A stretch of DNA of 57,884 bases, counting the filler, from Sphacelaria rigidula (lineage: Eukaryota), in NCBI GenBank assembly GCA_964200075.2. It is 9 parts of 9 records of this genome, joined end to end, with 100 filler letters (N's around TTAATTAATTAA, not from the genome) between each part and the next. Parts side by side here need not be neighbours in the genome. Positions count along the whole stretch, not along the records: positions 45,101 to 51,442 come from CAXNAA020020656.1; positions 51,543 to 57,884 come from CAXNAA020020657.1; 7 more parts are not named here. One strand, written 5' to 3'. Shown here piece after piece: positions 46,120 to 57,884 of the stretch (the first letter of the stretch is position 1; each line of letters opens with the position of its first letter). The notes below the pieces were generated by a model. The model had not been told where the DNA came from. It worked only from the letters and a program-made list of their open reading frames with translations, and did no database searches. The position numbers were made by a program, and so were the translations under genes.

Positions 46120-47691
46120 ATGCGATCATCACGATCCCCCCCCCACCGGATGTTACCCATACTGTTTCTCCTATCGTCGTGCATACCATCGGGTGCAGGT
46201 GGGAACGATTGGGGCGGAGGACCACGGCGCGTCGGTGAAGAGGGGCCGCCACCTCCTGTGCCAGGAGCGGTACACCCCACGTGCGAACCCGACTGCATGG
46301 CGACGGATGACAGCATGCACGCGGCGGTCCGGCGTTCGCCCCAGTTTGCCCAGTCCAATCGTGACGCCACTTCCGGCGATGAACCGTCGCCGGGTAGCAC
46401 CAATCACGGTACGCCGGTCGCCGGCGGCGAGCGCCTACCGTCGTCGGCGGGCGGCACCCGCCCACGCACTCGCCGACAGTCTGCAGCGCTAGGGGGGGAT
46501 AGCTCGGGAATGGTGGCGGGTGTCTTGTTGGGGGCGCAACGGCCAATGCCAGCCACCTGTGCAGAAGAACCGCGTGCTGGGCAGGCCGACGTGCAAACCC
46601 CCAAGAAGCGAAAGCGTGCGACGCTATTATGCGGAAAGGCGCCTTGTGGCTCCACGGAAGCGTGGCCGACGCCGTGCCCGGTGTGTCCTGGTAGTCCCGT
46701 GCACTCCGGCGATTTGTTGTGCTGCGCGTGCCACCGGCGACCACCGGACGCACGAGGCGCCGAACCCTTATTTCGGCATCTTGCCAATGACGCGGCGGTC
46801 GCCGATGCGGCGGAATTTTGGGAGAGGATGTCAGCCGCGGGCGTAGCGGCACAGACGGCAGTTGTCAAGGGTTGGGTGCCAAGCCGCGGTTGTCTGTGTC
46901 CCGCTCCCGATTGCTTCTATTCCGTAATGAGGACGGAGAAGCGGAAGGAGCAGCGGGCGGCGGCGAGGTGCGTAGCATGTGGGCGGGCGCCGAAGACGGC
47001 GTTAAATAGAGCCGGGGAAAAATATCGACTCCTGGAAGAATTCTTTCGAGCGAGTGATTCTACGGCCAAACACCCGGGTGGGCACAGTATCAATCTAGAC
47101 GCAGACAGCCGCCTCTGCTCCGCCTGCCTCTGGGCCTTTCACAAGGAAGGGGACAACACGTTGTTTAAGAAGGGAGCGGACGGAAAGTGGACGGTTCACC
47201 AATACCTCCTGCACCTCGACACCTCCGACGCTCCTGGGGCAGGGGTGGTCACCGCTGCCTCTCACATTGCTACTCGAGACGTGGTCGCCGAGATTGCCGC
47301 CGGGCGCCTCGTCGATCTGGATGAGGCCATCAATATCATACGGCACGCGCGTCGCCGAGAGGGGCTACACGACGTTGGCGCCCGGGCTTTGAGTAACGAC
47401 GCTGCGAGAATCCTGGACCGAGTCGCATCTGCTGTCAGCGGCGTTCGCGACCTCTCCTTCTCTGGGGGTGACGTCCATCAAGACCGCAGGCTGAAATTTA
47501 GGGTGCTGATGCCGCTCGTGTTCGATGAATGGTGGATTGCGAATATCTATGCCAGCGAGCGCGAGCTTCAGCGCGAGAAGAAGCAGCGGGAAGCGGCGCT
47601 TTCGTGTGCGGCGGGGGAGGGGGGAGGAGTTGATGCTCAGGAGCAACGTGAGGCCGGCGGAGGAGACGGAAATACGGGGGTGATGAGATAA
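46120..47691 (+). CDS. Hypothetical Cys-rich 523-aa ORF, probably transposon-associated
   Basis: Longest intact ORF in the window, GC-rich and intronless, with several CxxC clusters (CPVC, CCAC, CLCPAPDC, CVAC, CSAC) and a coiled-coil-like end; no family recognised. Confidence 0.55.
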   Translation: MRSSRSPPHRMLPILFLLSSCIPSGAGGNDWGGGPRRVGEEGPPPPVPGAVHPTCEPDCMATDDSMHAAVRRSPQFAQSNRDATSGDEPSPGSTNHGTPVAGGERLPSSAGGTRPRTRRQSAALGGDSSGMVAGVLLGAQRPMPATCAEEPRAGQADVQTPKKRKRATLLCGKAPCGSTEAWPTPCPVCPGSPVHSGDLLCCACHRRPPDARGAEPLFRHLANDAAVADAAEFWERMSAAGVAAQTAVVKGWVPSRGCLCPAPDCFYSVMRTEKRKEQRAAARCVACGRAPKTALNRAGEKYRLLEEFFRASDSTAKHPGGHSINLDADSRLCSACLWAFHKEGDNTLFKKGADGKWTVHQYLLHLDTSDAPGAGVVTAASHIATRDVVAEIAAGRLVDLDEAINIIRHARRREGLHDVGARALSNDAARILDRVASAVSGVRDLSFSGGDVHQDRRLKFRVLMPLVFDEWWIANIYASERELQREKKQREAALSCAAGEGGGVDAQEQREAGGGDGNTGVMR

Positions 47692-49395
47692 TTTAAAATA
47701 TCACCAGTCCTCTACATTACGTAAGGCATCTCGTAACGCAAACTTGATTTAGTAAAGACTCCGTCACACTTGTGTTGACCGGCCTTGTGCAGCCCGCACC
47801 CACAGTACAGGATAGTGCTGCGTTGAGATGGTATCGAGGACAAGAACGCCCCGACAAGTGGTAAATTGTCTTTCTGTATACGGGTTGATGCACCCAACGT
47901 ACGCGATGTATCCAACGTTCACTATGAGCGTTGTCGTGCCTGCGGTATGGTTGCGGTAGCCGTGGTTGACACGACAACGCTCCTCCTGTATCCTTCTTGC
48001 ACGGCTTTGGATATGGGGCATGAAATACGATGGTGCTGTCGTCGCCGTTGTGCGTTGTTTCATGCTCCCGGGCGGCACAACCCGGAGAAAATGATTATAT
48101 CGGCATCAATACTGCTGGATCCCTTTTGTTGGCCGTCGTGCTTTTGTTCTGGATGGCTCGTGTTGACCCGTGCCGTACGGACAGTACCCACGCAATGCCC
48201 AGGGTTGGTGCATCTTGCGGTAAAGATACAGTCCGTATCCCGATAGAAATTATATAGAGGTGCGATGGCGAAGACGACCAAGCACTCTACACAACGGATA
48301 TCGTACAGCTAACGTAACCATGTATCTTTCATGCGTGTGCGATCCCGTGTGCTAGAGCACCGCCCTTTTCTAAGGTATACCGTAAGCTTGCTTCATGATG
48401 ACATGGTGCTTGTGAAGATATCTCATTGATACACTGTACTGTCCTAAGCTGTAGCAAGCTGGCGGAGGGAAATGAAGCCCCCACGGGGCCTGGACAAAAC
48501 AAAAAACCAAACATTTCAATCTTGTTGACCTCTCTGCGGTACATCAGGCTCGAGTAGTGCACGTGTGTCCACGAACACAAGAATCCCAGGTGAAATCCGT
48601 TCAAGAATAATGGAAAACAACGAAGAAATAGCTGATTTCATTATAATTACTACAGAACGACCCGTACCTATGAACTAAGTGCCGAAATCTCAGGTGAAAT
48701 CTGTTCGAGAATCGTGAAGAACAAAAAAATACGAGAGTGATTTTTGAACGAAGAGTCGAGATGCCATTGGTAATTCGAAGAGTTGGGCGCTGAAATTTTG
48801 ACACATCCCTATCAATCCGCGCAACCCTATTGGAGGTGCAGAGGAAAAAAGACGGGATGTTAGAGCGAGTTGAAGTTTCAGCAACAAAAGGGAAGATGCT
48901 GTAACTTCCCTCAAAATTGACAGGAAACCACGAAAACGCTCTCATACATACGGGCACTCACGTCAACAACATTCTGGTGAAGTTTCGGCCAAAAATACCT
49001 CAAATTGAGCGCGACATCGCACTTTTCATGTGACAAGGCCGCGCCCCTTTAACTCGAGCGATACAGGAAACTTCAATTATGGAGGTCATGAGTTCCAATC
49101 CCGACAGATTCTCTTGTTTTTCCGTCTGTCTTTTAAGGTCATTTAGTATACAGTACATTTTTTTTCTTCATTCAGCGGCAGTGCCGTGTTACCGAGTTGG
49201 TTTATGGTTTACAGCGATATGCTCAAGTCGTGCTGATTTGGAAAACTTGACTAGTTGTGGTCTGGAAAGTGATTGCGGGATTGACTGCTGGCTCAGCTCA
49301 TAGCTGATTTGAGTGTATTCATCATATAACGACCCGTACCCATGAACTCGGTGCCAACCGCGGTGGTGGGTTCCGCGAAGACTTGACTTCAAGCA

Positions 49396-50233
49396 CAGTG
49401 GGGGGCTCTCAGTAGTGCCGGTATGTGCCCACCACGGACACCGGCACTACTCTGAAAAGTGCCAAAACAGGTGCAATTGAGGGCTCTGAATATCTCAGTA
49501 GTGCCGGTTCTGGCACTACTGATGACCGTCCGTTCGTACAATGCTACGCTTGCCCTTCGTGGGACCAACGGAAGCACAAAACGGACGAGGGCCTTTGTTT
49601 CAAGCGGTTTCGATAGGATACGTCACGTAAGGTTTCGGGGTAGCACAACTAAACCCGATGTTCTTTGTTCTTCACATTCAACTTGATTGGTCCTGTTCAC
49701 AGATTGATCATTTCCTTCCCTACTAGCAAAGCAGCAGCAGTACGGCCACAAAAGTTGCCCCGATCCAGCACCCTCGGATGAAACTTTTGTGCGCTTGCTC
49801 TTTTTTCAGGACACTTGCTGCAGATGCGGTGCATTTCGTTGTCGCCAAACTGCTGCCGCAAATACCGTGGAGCCTCCCGCCACATGTTCCCTGACAACCG
49901 TGGCCATGACGACCTTCTGGCGTCGTGGCCTGCACCAGGCACAGTTCACCTTCCGCACAAAGCATGTTGTGTCCCTATGTTGCAAGGTCTGCACCAGCAC
50001 GTACCTTGCTGTACCCCTACTGGTGCTTGGTCGGTGGGGGGTAAGGCGTGCGTGAGGGTGTCCGGAACCGGCACTGTTGAGGGTACAAAACCCTTCAAAC
50101 TGGCACTACTGAGGGTCATCTGTCAGTAGTGCCGGGCGGCACTACTGCGAGCTCTGACTGTGCCCGGAGATTTTACCGGCATTATATAGGTCGTTGGTAC
50201 TATTCAACCGGCGCTACTGAAAGCCCGCCACTG
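49396..50233. mobile_element. Internally deleted hAT-like DNA transposon
   Basis: ~27-bp TIR CAGTGGGGGGCTCTCAGTAGTGCCGGT / ACCGGCGCTACTGAAAGCCCGCCACTG; many subterminal CCGGCACTACTG motifs in both orientations; BED-finger-like remnant on minus strand (VNCAWC...VREHVAG). No TSD visible. Confidence 0.65.
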
Positions 50234-50482
50234 TATTTTACACACGCAGCCATCCGGCTACCCCCACAAATACTCTGTTCCGGTGAACTTTTCGAGCCTC
50301 CAGAGGAATTGAACGCCTCCAGGGGGCGTGCGGCCCTCCAGAGGGGTGGGAGAGCCCCTCACTGTATTTTACACAAGCGGCCATCCTGCTACCCTCACAA
50401 ATACTCTGTTCCGGTGAACTTTTCGAGCCTCCAGAGGAATTGAACGCCTCCAGGGGGTGCGCGGCCCTCCAGAGGGGTGGGA
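50220..50482. repeat. Tandem duplication of a ~131-bp unit
   Basis: CACTGTATTTTACAC...CCTCCAGAGGGGTGGGA occurs twice. Confidence 0.9.
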
Positions 50483-50813
50483 CCACACGCCTCCAGAGGC
50501 TTGTCTTGCCTGTGGAGGGCCGCGCACCCTCTGGAGGAATTTAGAGGATGCGCTGCCCTCTAGAGCACCACCGTTTTGTTACTCTCGAGGGATTCAGACC
50601 TCGGCAGTCACCGGAGAATCACATGCCCTCCCGAGGATTCGTTTATGACCGCACCTTGGGATGAAATACCCTCTTGAGGGTATTTTACCCTCGAGACGAT
50701 CAAAATAGCTACATCACTTTCATGTGGGTAGATGAATGGCCGGGTGTATAACCCTCGAAGGCGAAAGCAGGTCATCTGCTGAATCGGCACCGATTTCACT
50801 TGAAAATGTTTTG

Positions 50814-51261
50814 AACACGGGATCTTACAAGTCGGGGATGGATCTTTTATGTTGGGGATGAGAAACCCGGAGAATTAAAATCTTCTTACCCGCACTAAAT
50901 CTTCGAAATATGGTTCCATTTCTTCCCTTACCGATAACTATTGACAACTGCTACACACCATCGAAGTTTGGATGTCGATCACCGAAATGTTGGGGTCCTA
51001 GGTGAAAAAACAATTTCGGAACCATTTTGGCGTCCGTTCGGACACCCGGAATTCCCCCAAACTGGTCTTTCACCTGGGACCCCAACATTTCGGTGGTTGA
51101 AATCCAAAATTTTATGACGTGTATAGCAGTTGTCAATAGTTATCGGTAGGTGAAGAAATTGAAGCATATTTCGAAGATTTGGTGTGAATACGAATATTTT
51201 AATCCTCCGGGCTTCTCATCCCCAATATAAGATCCATCCCCAATTTGTAAGATCCCGTATT
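50814..51261. mobile_element. Foldback MITE family A, copy 3
   Basis: Same TIRs and core (GGAACCATTTTGGCGTCCGTTCGGACACC) as 15114-15556. Confidence 0.92.
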
Positions 51262-51344
51262 TATGCGTGATCTAAATGGACTAGAGTACCCGCATCGCAG
51301 TCTGTAACGAAATTACGCCGTTACGTTGAGTTGGTAGTGATGAA

Positions 51345-51442
51345 GAGTCATCCTACAATAGGGGGGGGGGTATTTTGGGCTATTTGTTGCCCGAAATTTC
51401 GCGTCAGATCGTCGTTGAAAGCAGCAACGGGTGTTCGAACAA
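51345..51442 (+). mobile_element. Terminus of the GAGTCATCCTAC repeat family
   Basis: Matches 19158-19229. Confidence 0.75.
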
Positions 51443-51542
51443 NNNNNNNNNNNNNNNNNNNNNNNNNNNNNNNNNNNNNNNNNNNNTTAATTAATTAANN
51501 NNNNNNNNNNNNNNNNNNNNNNNNNNNNNNNNNNNNNNNNNN

Positions 51543-52167
51543 GGTTGTCAGTAGCTACCAGTAGGTGAAAGAAATGAAACCATTGTCTCGAAGATTTGAA
51601 GATTTGGTGTGGATCCGAGGGTGCACGAAAAGTCAAATCCCGCATATCTACGTACCCCACTCCCCTACTCCCCCGGAGGGCCGAATTAGAAAACTCCTTC
51701 TTTTTTGTTTTCGTCGATTTTACCAATTGTTTCGCCTGTATATAGTGCCAAATACGACTCGTACTCGTCGGGAACACCTGCGTGCTGTCGAGGGGTGGTT
51801 GGCATGGCTTCACCCGACGATTGTTGTAGCCGGAGACAATCCTCGAACATGACCACCCCCGGCGGGAACCTTGGGCAAAAGTAATGCTAACCCCCCTCTT
51901 ATCAAGGGGGACACCCCTCCCCCCACCGTTGCGCCATTTTGCATGGGATTCAATATAGCATCGGTTTATGTGGGAGTTTGTATAGCGTTTTAGGGGGGGG
52001 GGGTGGTCTAGTACCCTACCCCCCCCCCGAGAGGTCCAAAATAAACAAATGGGACACAGGTGTGCGAGTTTTTTTCCGTGCACCCCTAATGGATCAAAAG
52101 GTTTTAATTATCCCGGCGCAGGTACTCGAAATAGTAAATCCACATCCCACTTGTATAACCCCGTGTT
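51543..52167. mobile_element. Right arm of MITE family A, split by a nested insertion
   Basis: 51543-51614 matches the right TIR up to GATTTGGTGTGGAT; the arm resumes at ~52089 and ends CCCGTGTT at 52167. Confidence 0.75.
51617..52088. mobile_element. Nested hAT-like MITE
   Basis: TIR GAGGGTGCACGAAAA / TTTTCCGTGCACCCCTA; imperfect 8-bp TSD GTGGATCC / ATGGATCA. Confidence 0.65.
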
Positions 52168-52248
52168 TGACGTACTACGAGCGCAAGTGCAGCTTTCATA
52201 ATGACACGCTCTATCTTCCGCCGATTTGCCGTTCCATGTGTGCTGCAG

Positions 52249-55200
52249 ATGGTGTACAATATTTTCCGCTCGTCTGATGCGGTGGCAGCCTCTGGCCGCC
52301 CCCCTCCAAAGTATTCATACTTCACCTCGGTGTGGAAGCACAACTGCCCTCACATCAAGCTGAAGAAAACCATGCGCTTCACCAAATGCGATGTTTGCAC
52401 TATTGCCGACGAGAGCCTCGACGTACAGCGCAGAAAGGGAGGCTCGGGGTGGCTCACGGAGGAGATTGCGGAGATAAAAATTCACCTCCGAGATCACTAC
52501 GAGGTGTGCACGTATGGCGTTTTTCGTACCGAAGTAGGAAAGGTTGAACCTGATGACGTCACCCTGCTTGTATCGGGGGGAGGATGTGGCGAGGGGTGGG
52601 GGGGGGGGGGGGGGGGGGGGGGTGGTGGGGGGTGCAGGAACGAGCCTGTGGTTTGTCGGTATTTGTGAGTGGTTCGAAACCAAGCCCGTGGCAAGTTCTC
52701 ACTGAATTGAATCTAGTGCGTGGATGGGTGCAAGCACGCCACTGTGCACGACTGTGCTGCTGCCCGATGATGACACGTTCGAATGCGCTTTGATGCCCGA
52801 CTACGGTTGGTTCTGCGTCATTGAATCTGTGTACATATAGTTGTGACCCCGAAATGACAACGCCTGGTAACATGACAGATCCTTATTTGTCCGGCCGCGT
52901 CATCTGTTACATGGTTTGGCCGTGGACTTCTCCAGGACGTGAAGAGGTCGAGAGGGGTGTATATGGCAGCCAAGACACGTGCAAAGGCTTCTCCGGACGA
53001 GTTGCTGTGCATAGCGATCGACGGGAGCGACCAGTCAAGCTACGCCACACCGTACTTTAGGCAGGAGACCAAAGACACAAGCAAAGGGTGGAAGGTAACA
53101 CGCTGTAGTAAACAAATATTCCGAAATGGCATGGTGTACAACCACTCAGTCGCCGCTCGATGTAATAGCGAAGGTACAAGTTTGCAGTCAATAAGGAGAT
53201 GGTACGTACAAATGGCGACACTCTGTCCCCGTATGGCGCCCCATCGCTTCGATACCCTCCGACTACTACATCAGTATTTATGCGGGAGTCCTGTGTAGAA
53301 GCGAAGATGATCGCGCATCTGCATTGTGGTAGCTTTGAACCGGTTTCAATCGAAAGACGTTGTTGTAACGATGTAGCGATATAGGCTAAGTAGGGATGTT
53401 TTTTTGGGGGGGTCGGGAGATGTGGGCCGCCAGTGTTGTATAATGCAACCCAATCTAATGCATCACCTCCTGCGCCTGCAACGTCACAGATGAGATTGAA
53501 ACTCATAGGCGCTCTCGTGAGCGGAAGGATGTGCATGTTCTACACGCTGGGTTCGAATTGGGAATCAGGTGAGTTCGATCTGGATCCGGACAGACACGCA
53601 AGTCCTCGCACTCGCCTGTACCGTGCATGACAGGTGGATCGAAGAAAGTCAGTATACTCCCCCTACGTGAAAAAGGGGGGGGGATGCTGCGTGGAGGGCG
53701 GGGGCACTGAGGGGAAGGTGGCGTGAAATTTTGCCCATATATCGACCAGACTGTGCGTCGACCATTATGTGGTCGCTGCTCCCGTCCCGTGACGCCACGG
53801 ACCAGGACACTTCGATCAAATATTAGCGGCGACACCTTGCGTTTACCGAGGGCGCTTTGACTGGCACTTCGTCCTTGCTTCCGCGTGAAATCAGGGTCGA
53901 ACCTCACCATCCAAGTCCTCCACGCCACGCTAACGGAGGTAACGGACAGACTCAAAGAAGGCAAGACACTCCCTCGAGCTCTGCACCTGCAGATGGATAA
54001 CTGCTCAAGGTAAATGCATGACACGTGTGAGGTGGGGGTAAGAGAGACCGGGGGTTGGTACGTGCTCATACCGATACCCCGATCGCATTATTCCCTCTCG
54101 CCCCGCGCCCTATGGACCTTTCATTTGCCGAACAGGGAGAACCAGAACCGGATCTTCCTCGCATTCTTGCATATCCTGGTGTACCATGGTATCTTCGATT
54201 TCATCGAGCTGCACTTCGGACTGAAGGGTCACACCCGCGATGGTGAGACCGCGCGGTGTAAAAGGCAATGAGGCAAACGTTTCCCCCTTCCGTGGATACC
54301 AGTCGCTGCCTGAGTTGTCGAATTGGTAGAGTAGCACACAGTATTTTTTGTGGCCTATACTGTCGTGCTTTATTCTTACGTGTACTCCTACCCCACGCCC
54401 TCGACCTCCCCCTGCACCCAGTCCCGCGCTACGCCAAAATAACGTACATCCCCGCAACTGCGTATGCTGTGATGGGTGCTGGCTGGCGGACCACATGCGC
54501 GCGTCGGTGCTGGCGCCTTTGACCTCTTCAGAGATAGACCAGGTCTTCTCCAGGTACGGGGCCTCGTCTCCATGCTGTCCTGAGTTTTCGCCCAAAACAC
54601 GGGATTCTACAAATGGGGTAGGGATTTTTATTGGGTATTGGCGCCGGGAGAAATAAAGAGATAGATAACGTCTTCACCACGTAGGGGGACTCGTCTCCAT
54701 ACTGTAGCGAGTTTTTACCCAAAACACTGAATTTTACACATGGGGTATGGATTTTTTATCGGGTATCTGCGCTGAAAATACTCGTAGCCACGCCGAATGT
54801 TCGAAATATGGTCCCATTTCTTCACCTACAGATCGTTATTGACAACTACAACACGCCATACAAATTTGGATTTCGAAAACCGAAACGTTGGGGTCCCACA
54901 TGAAAAATCTATTTCAGCGTCCATTCGGATCGGCGAAACACCCCGGAATTCGGTTTTCACCTCTGGGACCCCAACGTTTCGGTTTTCGAAACCCAATTTT
55001 GTATGTCGTGTAGTTGTTGTCAATAACGATCAGTAGGTGAAGAAATGGGACCATATTTCGAACATTCGGCGTGGCTATTAATATTTTAAGCGCAGATACC
55101 CAATAAAAAATCCGTGCCCAATTTGTACAATCCCATGTTCCAAGCAGAAGAGGCTTGCGTCACCTTGTGCCTAGAGAATATCATAGCACGGCATCTTCGA

Positions 55201-57192
55201 ACAATTCCCAAGGTAACCTAGAGGATAATGTGTTGGGAAGAAATTTTCATACGTGCAGTCCCCTACAGAGGTTGACATTACACAACAGGCGGCGGCACCT
55301 TTGAGGATTGAGTCCCTGGATTATTACATTTGTTTCTGACGGATAGGGTGGGAGCCGGCCTCAAGAGGACGGACGTCGCAACTCGGACCCTTCTCGGTCT
55401 ACGTGTCTTGGAGTCCTACAGGGCGGGGCAACCCAACTTCCACGTCGGCCTGACGCACTTGAACAACTGTGCGAATATGCGGGACCTTCTCGTCGGCTGC
55501 ATGTATCCGATTCCCTCTGTCACGAAGCCGCAGGCGTTCAAGGTGCCGAGAGATCCTACGGACGGCTTGGTCAATATGCAAGTTCAGGAAAGAAGCTACA
55601 GGGACGATTGGGGCGTGATCAACAGGTGTGTCGTGTAGGATAGCATCCGAGGATTGAAATATATATATATATATATATATATGTTCGCAGCTTCTTCAGG
55701 TTTGCTTTCACAACTAGTCGCGGTTGCTCTTTGAGGATCGAAAGACAGGGTCCGATGAGAAAGGGTTGAGCATGGAGCATAATATATATGAATGGTGCAA
55801 ACCGTGACCGTCCGCTCGTTTGTGATGCTTCGAAAAAAAGGAACGGCGAGTACAGCGAGGGGTACATAACCATCATGAAGAGCTGGCCTGACCTGCGGGA
55901 TACACCTAATCGCCCACGGAAAGTGGTGGACGACCACACCCTGAACCGGCACCGCTTGTGCATCGAGGCTTCCGAGTGACGGATCGAGACTTACTGCCAC
56001 AGCGTCGGTGAGTGTCTGAGCATCCCAATTACGGTGGTGCCTGTGCGGCCGCTGGAAATTGCACGGGTGATCTTGGTGAAGCATCACTCAAGCACCCCCT
56101 CCACCGAGAAGTCTTAGTCATGACTTGGCCCAGTTGGTCAGTGCCATGCGTCACGGTATTGCGAAAAAGGATAAAGTTGTCGTATTTGCTATAGACACGG
56201 GTAGGCACTGATTTTTACACTCGCTGGAACAGGGACCCTTGTACGTACGGCGGACCATCTTGCACGGGCCACCCACGTCGCGTAATGGATAGTCGCGCTG
56301 CGTGTGTCACGTTTTCGTACACGAACTCCCGTAATTCACCCGCACGGTGATTTTTCTCGATAGGACAGTGCTTTCCCATCTCATCATTAATGGAGGCTGC
56401 ACGCACCGTACTATGCGCCAATATACCGTCTATTAATAGGACAGGTGAGCTGCCGGAGGGGTTGTCGGCGAACCAATATCACAGGGCGTTGATGTCGGAA
56501 CTGGCGTCAAGCGTTATCGACGTTGGGAAGTCGACGCCTGTTCCTTTCGACTGGAATCTGTCCCTGTATAGTAGGCCCGAGTCAAACGACAACACAGATG
56601 GTGATGGCGGGGCTTCGGACTCAGGTACACGCGATAGCACGGGTGATGCGGCTCGGACTCTTGGAGTGAGGAGCGATCCGTCTTCTACGGTGGGGGACAG
56701 AGTTTCCGGGAGTGCAGTAGCGACTGGAGCTTCCCCTGTCCCACAAGGAGGGGGGGGGGAGGAGGCGCGGCCTGAGTAAAACGGCGGTGCCGCTATTCAG
56801 GGTGGAGGTTGGAGAGTTTGTTGCTTTTTCGCAGCCGAAGAGCTTGCCGTTGTCGGTCTGTGTCGGGAATATTTAATCCATGAAGAAGGAGGTAGATGGG
56901 GACGAAGTGGAACTTCAGTGGTACATGCCAAAGAAGGTAGATGCCAACGCATCACGGTCAAGATATGGGAGGGGAGGGTGGACCCCCGAGTATCGCATGG
57001 TAGACGGGAAACGGGTACGCTCGATTTCCTTCGAGCACGTCGCAGCAATAAGCTGCAAATTCGCTAAGCTTCCCACATCCACGGAACTTCCGCATCATGT
57101 GTGGTCCACTATTGCAGAAACTACACAAGCATAAAACGCTATAGCGAACGTGGGGGATGAAGATATGGGTGTCGGAGATGAAGACGAGTGAT
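52249..57192 (+). pseudogene. Intron-rich Sola-like DDD transposase, decayed; exons 52249-52503, 52936-53094, 53490-53568, 53895-54009, 54136-54242, 54532-54553, 55347-55625, 55841-56007, 56445-~57192
   Basis: Spliced product: YSYFTSVWKHNCPHIKL..RFTKCDVC; CIAIDGSDQ (D1); GSNLTIQVLH; LHLQMDNCSRENQN (D2); GHTRDEIDQVFSR (D3); C-terminal VGEFVAF...VELQWY. All intron phases are compatible; in-frame stops at 55977 and ~56874. Confidence 0.8.
54723..55139. mobile_element. Foldback MITE family A (diverged subfamily) in a transposase intron; duplicated partial left end at 54596-54644
   Basis: Long near-perfect TIRs; flanks CCAA|AACAC...ATGTT|CCAA. Confidence 0.9.
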
Positions 57193-57884
57193 AGGCAGAG
57201 AGTTGACCGACACCCGGCGTTCGGGGCTTGTCATGTGTAGCCATTCCCGTCGCACCACCGGTTTTGTCCGGCTGTGTACTGGCTTCAATTCGCGCGCATG
57301 ATAGTCGTCTTGTTATCGGAAATATTGTGCAGCTATATAGCTGTCGATATGGTCTTGCTCGCGGTTGGTTACAGCTTCTGCGTGTATCAAGTTGTGCAGC
57401 GTTTTCGGGAATACAGGCGGTTCGGCCGCAGGCGCAATAATTACAATCCTTGCAACACAACATCTCTCATAGGAGGGATTGTTTTCATGACTTGGCCCAA
57501 AATGTCGTTAACAACTACCTGCTGATGACAAAATACTCTTTTCCATCGCAAAAGCGAACAAACCTGGAATTCGCTCACGACAAGGCGGCTTGTTTGTAAG
57601 ACATTAGTGGCATATGTATCGCGGGCTGAGGGTTTGTCCCTCGTGATATACAGTGTTGACTTGATACTCGGAACAGTTGCGATACTTCATCTCTGCACTT
57701 GTCGAAACATTTTTCGAAACTTGTCCTGTTACTGTTGTTAGCGGAGTTTGCAGCCAAAAGCGGATGAATAAACACTATCCTCTAGAATGTCTCGGTTTTC
57801 AACCAATGTCCTACCCAAGCATCTTCCTACGGAGATTAGGGAAGTATCAACAGTTACCGCACCAGGATTCTCCAACGTCGCGAC

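Noticed and set aside
6344..51542. Regularly spaced TTAATTAATTAA motif, and any gene-neighbourhood reading across it (e.g. LRR gene + RT + recombinase as one diversification system)
   Set aside because: Artificial linkers between size-sorted contigs; adjacency carries no biological information. ORFs ending in X...LIN are linker artefacts.
16074..55979. In-frame stops in several elements as programmed read-through or an alternative genetic code
   Set aside because: All three stop types occur together with frameshifts and a lost RT catalytic Asp; ordinary decay explains them.

Overview
This window is not one locus. It is nine unrelated, size-sorted contigs of 6,342-6,343 bp (1-6343, 6444-12786, 12887-19229, 19330-25672, 25773-32115, 32216-38558, 38659-45000, 45101-51442, 51543-57884) joined by artificial 100-bp linkers (44N-TTAATTAATTAA-44N). 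The DNA is eukaryotic, intron-rich and repeat-rich. A brown alga (Phaeophyceae) is the most likely source, inferred from the one-LRR-per-72-nt-exon gene and the element content. Recognisable content: (1) an LRR gene with 72-nt phase-1 exons, including a 264-bp tandem exon+intron cassette whose substitutions cluster in surface codons; (2) the last two exons of a beta-carbonic anhydrase; (3) a decayed DIRS1-type retroelement (gag, RT, RNase H, methylase-like domain, ALOG-domain tyrosine recombinase); (4) a decayed intron-rich Sola-like DDD transposase; (5) a decayed gag-like ORF; (6) a SWIM-like multi-exon pseudogene; (7) tRNA-derived SINEs, several MITE families and a 42-bp minisatellite. The most unusual signal is contig 1, which looks like a mosaic of short, mostly co-oriented fragments of unrelated host genes enriched for start-codon exons, suggesting a gene-fragment-collecting element. 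All calls were made by eye from motifs; no database searches were run.
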